Source of the DNA: Paramoeba atlantica
Taxonomy: Eukaryota > Protista > Discosea
DNA: 64,000 bases
Direction of reading: 5' to 3'
Assembly (NCBI GenBank): GCA_977017575.1
Contig: CDRNVI010000080.1
Span: 1-64,000, forward strand
In this document: piece by piece, positions 53,882 to 64,000 of the stretch
Layout: each line of letters opens with the position of its first letter
Position numbering within the stretch: the first letter of the stretch is position 1
Notes under the pieces: model-generated
Databases searched by the model: none
Seen by the model: only the letters and a program-made list of their open reading frames with translations
What the model was told of the DNA's origin: nothing
Position numbers and translations under genes: made by a program

Positions 53882-56800
53882 ACAACAACAACAACAACAA
53901 ATACACTGAGTCCTTTTTAGTGGACCAGTTAGGGGCTCTCGAGTAGGTACTTATAGTGTCGATACATCTCGACTTCTTCGTATGACACACTGGACTTCAC
54001 AAAGCAGAAAGAATATACAAAATAGTAAAACACTTAAACTTTTGTGTGTACCTGTTGTGTAACTTGTTGTGTGTACCTGTACCTTGTTGCTTGTTGTTGT
54101 TGATCTTTTCAGTCAATTTCCCCCATGCACCCCTTCACCCCTGGGGAAATTAAGTCCCCCTTCCGCCTCCCACTTCACCCCTAGCGCCGCCCCCTTCGCC
54201 GTCCCCTCCACCCTGCTCCGTCGCCCCCCCGCGACCTGTTTCGCCCCCCCTCTTGGGGAGGGAGCTTGAGCTACCCCATGCGCCGCCGCCGCCGCGCTCC
54301 CCGCCGCGCTCCCGCCGCGCCACCATTTCCGCCCCGTTTTCGCCGCCTTCTTTCGTCACCGCTTCGCCGGCCCTTTCTCCGTCCCCCCAGTCGCCATTCC
54401 CCTCCCCGGCCCATTGTGTGGAGCTACCCGGTGTCAGCAAAACAAGGCGCCAAGAAACTAGGGTAGTCTCCATATGCAAAAATTTAAATTGTGAAGGGCA
54501 CTGGTCGAGCTCCACTGTGAGCCCCGCTGGTGAGAGAGCCTCGCAAGCTCCACACACCCTAGCGTGAGTCATCCCTGGTGGTGGAACAGAATATAACGAC
54601 TGTTCCACTACTTCTTTGCCCCAGGATGCGAATCCATCGGGCATTGAAGTCACGGATGACAAGTCAGACCATGCAACCTGACAGGTATTGCTTGTCTATC
54701 TGCGAGTGCGGCATCCCACTGGGAAAGTCTGCGCGCGACTGACAGCGTACCACCCACGGAGTACGGTAATACCCGGTGCCGTTTCACACGAGCACTAAAT
54801 AACTAGGGTGTACTCTGAACCCATAGCCAGTCATGGCCAAACGGGTTAAACAACAACAACAACAACAACTTAAACTTTTCAATAAATCCGACGTGGCGGA
54901 ACGTACGTCGGGTTCATCAAAATATGCTCAACCAGGATTAAATGCTCAACCAGGATCAAATGCTCAACCAGGATTAAATGCTCAACCAGGATCAAATGCT
55001 CAACCAGGATTAAATGCTCAACCAGGATTAAATACTCAACCAGGATCAAATGCTCAACCAGGATTAAATGCTCAACCAGGATCAAATGCTCAAGCCAGGA
55101 TGAAAACCTCGACCAGGATTATATATGCTCAACCAGTAATAATTAGGATTCCGGAACAACAAAATTGTACACATGCAGGTTTTTTTTTTTTTTTTTGCAA
55201 TTAATGAGGGGGGAGAAGTATGAATCGCGGCATTGCCTCTATATTTTAACCCAGTAGACGAACCAAGTAGGTCCATTGGGGGGTATACGAGTTGAAAACA
55301 AGCAATCAAATTAGCAATTTTATCTCAGTTTTTTTTTTTTTTTTTTTGGTGAGCCCAAAACTAGCAAATGTAAAGCATGTATGAAAAGCATGTATAGCCC
55401 AACCAAAACTAGCAAATGTAAAGCATGTATAAAAGCATGTAAAGCCCAACCAAACCGAGCAAACCCAAACCAAGCAAACCCGAAACGAGGGTTTTTTTTT
55501 TTTTTTTTTTTTTTTGCCGCAATCTGACTTCCTAATATCCACCTCGAAAACACCAGCAACTACGTTAACCCATACCTATTCCGATATACGCTCATGATGC
55601 GCTTAGGAATTGGCTTGCCTAAGGCACCGGCCAAAGTAACATGCCCCGGCTGTTCTAATCAAGAATCACCCTCCACCATTATTCCCCACGTTGCTGGATG
55701 CTCCCGATGCTCCGGGATGAACTCCACACGCAAACATTCACATATCGTCCGGTATCTCTCAGAGTTGTGCTCAAAAGCAGGCCTTCCTAGCGTGATCGAA
55801 CCCCGCATCTACTCCTCGTATCATTGCACTAAATGTAAGTGCACTATCTCAGCAGATGTCGCCGCGCAACATCCTTGCAAAGCACGCCGTATTCGTTCAG
55901 GTCCAGATCTGGCCATCATGTGGCCTCACATGGGTGAGGTACTCTACGACTTCACAATAGTACATACGTGCTGCTCAAGCTACGCAAAACACACCAGCTC
56001 TGCCCTTATGCAGCAGGTCTCCGACAGAAAATATAAGAAATACGTTACTGAGAAGGGTGTCGATAGCGATTCGTTTAAGTGTCTGGCTGCAACAGATTGC
56101 GGCCTTCTACATGACGATACTAAGGCGTTGCTGAAGGCTCTCTCACAAAGAGCGAAACTTAAATATGAAAGCGTGCGCAATGCTTTCCAGCTCGAAATCG
56201 AAAAAATGTCAGCGTACACGGTAGTGTCGCAGCTCCGAGACTACATTCCAGCAGAGAAGTGGATGAGTGAATTGCGCCTATAAGATATATTTAAAGTCTC
56301 TTTAAAGTAAAATTTGTAATCTAAATTTACGGGTATTTGAGAAAACCCAAATTCTTAACATATGACGGCAGCTCGTACACGTTCGACTATATGAAGATAT
56401 TGTTATATAAAACCGAAAGACCATAACATTCCCTTTTCAATAGTAGCCTGAGATCACCAACTCAGGGAAATTCTAATAGAATAAAAAAAAAAAAAATACC
56501 TTCAATTTACGTTAGATTATTGAGGAGTTGGTGGTTTCATTTCCTGGAACGCTTATTTTCAGGAGTGTTATATCAAGACCTTTGTTTTTTTTTTGAAAAC
56601 TGCTACCGATTTAATGTCACTAACAAATATTGTTAATTGATTTTATTTTGAATTGGGGGGGGATCGCAGTCGGATAAGACGTTCGCATAAATAGTATATT
56701 GTCGGAAGACAGCTTCAGTATAGTCTGAAAATCAAGAAGACATTCAATTCTCTCACTGTAGATTCCTTTTTTATTTGCGGGTTTCGACCAAATTTGGGTG

Positions 56801-59800
56801 TAAAATGAGATTTTTCATTGAAATCTTGCCCGATGCCACGTTTGTTAGCTCGTTGTGAAAGCACGTCATCTCGATTTGGACGTTTTCCTATTGTGCTACA
56901 TGGATATTTCACTTTATCAGCTTTCTTAGGTTCCTTTATAATAGTCCACGTTTTGAAATTTAGCCGAGGGGCTGTTATGTATTTGCCTGCTGGCCCTTAG
57001 GGGCACATAGTTTCTTCGAATTATGATTTGTATTCCGAATTTTACATGGGCTGGGTATTTACTATTATCTTATATATCCTTGTTAGGTTGTTATTTTTTT
57101 TAGGGCAGGTTGGCCGAGGGTTCCGGTGGGGGGGAATCCCGTTAACAACGTGACACATGATTATTTGTTTTATGCAGGCTTTCTTTTGAACTATGTTTGT
57201 GCATGTGAATTCTATCTATATATCGTATTATGTGTTCTTTGATTTTGGGACGATTTGGAAGTGTGATTATATTAGTCATAGGTATTTGCTTATATTTGTT
57301 TGTTACTTATACGTTTCATGGAGCCCCCTCGGCGTGGATTTCGGAGCACTAATGTACATCTTTGACTGTTTGCTCTTCCTACCTTGGATTTACTCATATT
57401 ACTTACTTCTTGAGTTGGATTTCTTTTCCTAGCAATTTTATTGTTCTTAGATTTCGGTATGTTTTGTCTGAAACAGAAGGATGATAATGAAACGTCTTGT
57501 CTTTCAGCTGCTTGCTTTGCAAGCCAATCAGCCATTTCGTTGTACTGGTTGCCGCAATGAGCTTTAACTTTAACAACGTATATAGAATTCGTTTCTTCAA
57601 TCTTACGGAGCTTTGCATCGATAACACGAAGGAGGGAAGGGTTTTCAGCATTTTGGTATCCCGTTAATCTAAACTGGTGTCTTAACTTATGAACAAAATC
57701 CCAGACATAAGCAGAATCAGTATGAATAACAACAGTGCGCGTTAAGCCAGATGCCTGATCAAGTCCTTCACAAAGGGCATACATCTCTGAGTTGGAAGAG
57801 GTTCGTTCTATCTCCTCCGGAAGCCTTAAACCTAAATTTGTAGTTGGAAGCTGATGCCCCAGTGCTAATATGCCGCACCCGCATTGCATTTTCCCTTGTT
57901 TTCTTATGAGACAACCGTCAGTATACAGGTGAACTTCGTTGCGATTCAATGGGAAAACATTGGGTCCTTCCTCAAGAAATTGAAGGTTCTCGTATGTTGT
58001 ATCCTTAGAGGTTCTCTTATACTCATTCATCCATTTCGTTGATCCGAATGTTGTTACACCGTGATTGGGTTCAAGACGTTTACGAAGTTGCCCGATAAGT
58101 GACGACCAATGACTTCTATCTTGGGCTTGTACGAATACCTCGCTTACGAGAAGATTCAAGTCCCTTGCGCATTGTTCAATAGTAGTGGGGAATTTGCTTT
58201 CCTCATTATGTCTCCACATAGAAGCATGTGTATAGAGACATGAATGACGAACCAGATGACCAACCAATTGTGCTCTCTTAATTCTCGATGTCGTGCTGAC
58301 TCTGTCGTCACCTTGGTATAGAGAATACAAACGTGTGCCCTTCTTGCCATCCCATGAACTTACCCCACAAACCCATCTTCTCATTCGATGAACCTGTGTA
58401 TCTAAATGCTTGGTTTCTTTATCCGTGAGTGTCCAAGTTCCAGCACTATAGACCAACACAGGCATTACCAATGTTTTGAAAACTATTAGCTTTGAACTTA
58501 TGGGCAGTGGGGAGTTCCAGATTCCTTGCAGCTTGTTCATTGCATACCATGCTGCCCTTACACGTTCTAGAGCAGGTTTACCTCTTTTGCCCTCTTCGTA
58601 AACATTTCCTAGATACCGGTATTGTTTTACTCGTGGAATTTCGCCAATGCTTGTTACAATTAAAGGGCCATTCGAATCAGGAACTCGCCCAAATGTCATC
58701 CATGCTGTTTTTGATGGTCCCACAGAAACTCTAAGGTTAGCTTTCCCGGCACAAGAAACCAAGCTTTCAATCATTTTCGAGAGTTCTTGTTTTGACTCTG
58801 CAAAAAGGGCAATGTCGTCGGCATAATTGGTATCCGATACACGAATGCGTTCTTTGCCTCGACTTCTGGTTCCCCGGCTTTGTGTAATCAATCCAAATTG
58901 TTTGTTATCTATTGCTGCACACAAAATACGGTCCAGCACCATGACAAAAATCGTGGGGGCAAGTACGTCGCCTTGAAGTGTACCATTTCGAACTCGAAAG
59001 CTTTCTGTATCCCCGTATGGGGTGCGCACAAAAGATTTTAAGTCACAATATAATGCCAAAATTAGCTTTTTGAGGTTCTCAGGTATGTGAAATGCTGATA
59101 AGGCTGCTCGAATAGCGCTGTGTGATACGGAAGGAAAGGCTTGTTTGAAATCTACAAAACCAACGGCCACACCTCCGGATCCTCGAGATGCCTTTTGAGT
59201 TATCTCTTGAAAAATTGCTTGGGCACCTGAGGTTGAGTGATTCGGCCGAAAGCCAAACTGGTTGGGTCGTAGCATTTCTTCTAATGCAGGTTGAATTCTT
59301 TCCAAGGCCATGCGATTCATAACCTTTACAATATGATTGACTAAGCAAATAGGTCTCCACTGTAACAAATCGTTGGTGTTTCCCTTTTTAGGCACTGGCA
59401 CTTGCAGAACAGTCCTCCACGTATCATCTGTAATTCCCGTTTCCTGGATCTCATTGATAATGTTTAGAAGTGTAGTGGACAGTTCTGCATCTTTCGATAG
59501 GGCCTTGTAGGCTTCAACTGGTATGTCGTCACTTCCTGCTGCTTTTCCATTATGCATGTTTGACAAAGCTCCATACAATTCTTCAATGGTGAAAGGATCA
59601 TCGTTTATAGGAACAGTGGGTTTCAATGCATCGATAAACTTCACTACTTCATCCTCCTCGGTGGAAGAATGCCCAATTTTACTGAAATGGTCATAAATTT
59701 TTTCGAGACATTGTCGCTCATTATTTCCGAAGAATCCTATCTTAGCTCTATTGTCTCCGATTATTTTCCGAATTTTTCGAAATGCTGCTCCAGATCTCTT

Positions 59801-60955
59801 GCGCAGGTCATCAGCAGGATTGGCACACTCTGTTTCAATAACTTCTTCAATTTGCGCCGTATGCTCAATGGAGGCTTTTTCAAATAAATTCCGATTTCTC
59901 GAGAGTTTGACAACTTTTTCAAGATCATTTTCGTTATCACTGTATTCCTCCGGTCTTACTTTAGAAATATCACGCTTCTGTTCTTCGTTTAACGTCAGGT
60001 TTTTACACATCTTTGGTAAACTTTTGGATGATGTCTTGATTGCTGACTCCATTCGTTTCCATATTGAGACAGTCATGTTGCCGTCTCGTTGTCGCTTCTG
60101 TGGAGCATGGAGCACTTCTTTTATGCTTTTGATGAAAACATCTTGAGTCTTTTCATCCCTCAGTGAACCCCAATACGGTCTCGGTGGGGTCGGAAGTGAT
60201 GCACGCTTCCATTTTATTCGAAAACCAACCCAGTTAAGGCAGTGTGGAGTTGGAATGGGTGGCAACAGTACTCTATTTTCACCCATGGAAGAAGCAAATC
60301 GCGTGTTGACAACGATGTGGTCCAATTGCTTTTTTGCTCCATTTGGAAATGTGTACGTCCACTGCCGTTTAGGCCAACAGCACATGTGTGCTGAACGTGC
60401 TTCGAGTGTGCTAAGAAAGAGTTTAAAAGATTTCGTTCGATCAGTGTGCTCGGTTCCGCGAAAAGGCTTCTGCAGCGGGGAATTAAAGTCTCCACAAATG
60501 ATTTTAAGGCCATGGTTACTTTTTTGCCACGAGTCAAATAAATTGGCGTTAAATTCATCCTGCTTGTCTTTATCCGATGCTGCAGTTGGGGAATATATAT
60601 TAAAAATGCACGTTTGCAATTTACCAATTTTCAAACTACCAGATATAATTCTGTCACTAACTTTTTCGACTGTAAGCGGCATTTTGCTCAGGAACGCCAT
60701 ACCATTGTATCCTTTGGAAGCGCTCATCAAATAAATATGAATGTTTTCCCCCGCAATGTGCACACAGTGTCGTAAAATATCTTGCCCACCATTAAAAGTC
60801 AATCGCGTCTCCTGCAATGCAACAACGGAAATATTATAGTAGTTCATCATAAGTACAATTTGCGATATACGAAACGATTTACGTAAAGCCCAATGTGTCG
60901 CATGCCGAAGCTTCAATGTATCAACATTCAAAGTACCTACTCGAAAGCCCCCTCT
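53882..60955 (-). mobile_element. Second, near-identical copy of the LINE2 composite (includes solo A-B 56939-57342, family-B ORF 55594-56283, minisatellite 54925-55100)
   Basis: All ORFs recur at +10450 to +10452 with identical translations apart from homopolymer-length effects; same TSD at 53868-53881 and 60956-60969. Confidence 0.93.
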
Positions 60956-63900
60956 CGAGGCACCGCACACGCGAATCGCCGCGATTGAAGTCGTGAAGTC
61001 ACAAAACTTTGATATGCCTTCTTCTGAAAACCGAAAGCTGAGACCACGCGCAGCACGTAGCGGTGCGCCAAAGTGGATTTATGCACTCGTGAGTGTGCGC
61101 TCCGAGTGTTGATGGATTTGCGTTGCGCGATCCGAGACAACGCACACGCGAATCGCCGCGATTGAAGTCGTGAAGTCACAAAACTTTGATATGCCTTTTT
61201 CTGAGAACCGAAAGCTGAGACCACGCGCAGCACGCAGCGGTGCGCCAAAGTGGATTTATGCACTATTGAGTGCGCGCTCCGAATGTTGATGGATTTGCGT
61301 TGCGCGATCCGAGGCACCGCACACGCAAATCGCCGCGATTGAAGTCATGAAGTCGCAAAACTTTGATATGCCTTTTTCTGAGAACCGAAAGCTGAGACCA
61401 CGCGCAGCACGCAGCGGTGCGCCAAATAAGATTTATGCACTCGTGAGTGCGCGCTCGGAATGTTGATGGATTTGCGTTGCGCGATCCGAGACAACGCACT
61501 CGCAAATCGCCGCGATTGAAGTCGTGAAGTCGCAAAACTTTGATATGCCTTTTTCTGAGAACCGAAAGCTGAGACCACGCGCAGCACGCAGCGGTCCGCC
61601 AAAGTGGATTTATGCACTCGTGATTGAGCGCTCCGAATGTTTATGGATTTGCGTTGCGCGATCCGAGGCACCGCACACGCAAATCGCCTCGATTGAAGTC
61701 GTGAAGTCACAAAACTTTGATATGCCTTTTTCTGAAAACCAAAAACTGAGACCACGCGCAGCAGCAGCGGTGCGCCAAAGTGGATTTATGCACTCGTGAT
61801 TGCGCGCTCCGAATGTTGATGGATTTGCGTTGCGCGATCCGAGGCACCGCACACGCAAATCGCCTCGATTGAAGTCATGAAGTCGCAAAACTTTGATATG
61901 CCTTTTTCTGAAAACCAAAAACTGAGACCACGCGCAGCAGCAGCGGTGCGCCAAAGTGGATTTATGCACTCGTGATTGCGCGCTCCGAATGTTGATGGAT
62001 TTGCGTTGCGCGATCCGAGACAACGCACACGCGAATCGCCGCGATTGAAGTCATGAAGTCACAAAACTTTGATATGCCTTCTTCTGAAAACCGAAAGCTG
62101 AGACCACGCGCAGCACGTAGCGGTGCGCCAAAGTGGATTTATGCACTCGTGAGTGTGCGCTCCGAGTGTTGATGGATTTGCGTTGCGCGATCCGAGACAA
62201 CGCACACGCGAATCGCCGCGATTGAAGTCGTGAAGTCACAAAACTTTGATATGCCTTTTTCTGAGAACCGAAAGCTGAGACCACGCGCAGCACGCAGCGG
62301 TGCGCCAAAGTGGATTTATGCACTCGTGATTGCGCGCTCCGAATGTTGATGGATTTGCGTTGCGCGATCCGAGGCACCGCACACGCAAATCGCCGCGATT
62401 GAAGTCATGAAGTCGCAAAACTTTGATATGCCTTTTTCTGAGAACCGAAAGCTGAGACCACGCGCAGCACGCAGCGGTGCGCCAAATAAGATTTATGCAC
62501 TCGTGAGTGCGCGCTCGGAATGTTGATGGATTTGCGTTGCGCGATCCGAGACAACGCACTCGCGAATCGCCGCGATTGAAGTCGTGAAGTCACAAAATTT
62601 TGATATGCCTTTTTCTGAGAACCGAAAGCTGAGACCACGCGCAGCACGCAGCGGTGCGCCAAAGTGGATTTATGCACTATTGAGTGCGCGCTCCGAATGT
62701 TGATGGATTTGCGTTGCGCGATCCGAGGCACCGCACACGCAAATCGCCGCGATTGAAGTCATGAAGTCGCAAAACTTTGATATGCCTTTTTCTGAGAACC
62801 GAAAGCTGAGACCACGCGCAGCACGCAGCGGTGCGCCAAATAAGATTTATGCACTCGTGAGTGCGCGCTCGGAATGTTGATGGATTTGCGTTGCGCGATC
62901 CGAGACAACGCACTCGCGAATCGCCGCGATTGAAGTCGTGAAGTCACAAAATTTTGATATGCCTTTTTCTGAAAACCGAAAGCTGAGACCACGCGAAGCA
63001 CGTAGCGGTGCGCCAAATAAGATTTATGCACTCGTGATTGCGCGCTCCGAATGTTGATGGATTTGCGTTGCGCGATCCGAGACAACGCACACGCGAATCG
63101 CCGCGATTGAAGTCATGAAGTCGCAAAACTTTGATATGCCTTTTTCTGAGAACCGAAAGCTGAGACCACGCGCAGCACGCAGCGGTGCGCCAAATAAGAT
63201 TTATGCACTCGTGAGTGCGCGCTCGGAATGTTGATGGATTTGCGTTGCGCGATCCGAGACAACGCACACGCGAATCGCCGCGATTGAAGTCATGAAGTCG
63301 CAAAACTTTGATATGCCTTTTTCTGAGAACCGAAAGCTGAGACCACGCGCAGCACGCAGCGGTCCGCCAAAGTGGATTTATGCACTCGTGAGTGTGCGCT
63401 CCGAATGTTGATGGATTTGCGTTGCGCGATCCGAGGCACCGCACACGCGAATCGCCGCGATTGAAGTCGTGAAGTCACAAAACTTTGATATGCCTTCTTC
63501 TGAAAACCGAAAGCTGAGACCACGCGCAGCACGTAGCGGTGCGCCAAAGTGGATTTATGCACTCGTGAGTGTGCGCTCCGAGTGTTGATGGATTTGCGTT
63601 GCGCGATCCGAGACAACGCACACGCGAATCGCCGCGATTGAAGTCGTGAAGTCACAAAACTTTGATATGCCTTTTTCTGAGAACCGAAAGCTGAGACCAC
63701 GCGCAGCACGCAGCGGTGCGCCAAAGTGGATTTATGCACTATTGAGTGCGCGCTCCGAATGTTGATGGATTTGCGTTGCGCGATCCGAGGCACCGCACAC
63801 GCAAATCGCCGCGATTGAAGTCATGAAGTCGCAAAACTTTGATATGCCTTTTTCTGAGAACCGAAAGCTGAGACCACGCGCAGCACGCAGCGGTGCGCCA

Positions 63901-64000
63901 AATAAGATTTATGCACTCGTGAGTGCGCGCTCGGAATGTTGATGGATTTGCGTTGCGCGATCCGAGACAACGCACTCGCAAATCGCCGCGATTGAAGTCG
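60956..64000. repeat. 177-bp satellite array running off the window
   Basis: Same unit. Confidence 0.97.

Overview
Eukaryotic, most likely kinetoplastid/euglenozoan, chromosome-end-like DNA with no recognisable housekeeping gene. The taxon call rests on four copies of a spliced-leader (SL)-like 36-mer with the CAGTTTCTGTAC core, plus CRE/SLACS-type, Ingi-like and TATE/VIPER-like retroelements. The window opens with ~2.47 kb of (CTCTTTCTTC)n fused directly into a broken tyrosine-recombinase (YR) gene. A deeply nested mobile-element stack follows: two CRE-like RT-RLE families (family A carries an apparent Ataxin-2/Pbp1 LsmAD domain; family B has an extra zinc finger in its endonuclease), two APE-RT-RNaseH LINEs, YR retrotransposons with split direct repeats and solo derivatives, and a non-autonomous TIR element with an 8-bp TSD. 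These sit in or beside a 177-bp satellite, and 43.4-64 kb is a ~10.45-kb tandem duplication. All calls come from reading the sequence by eye; no database searches were run.
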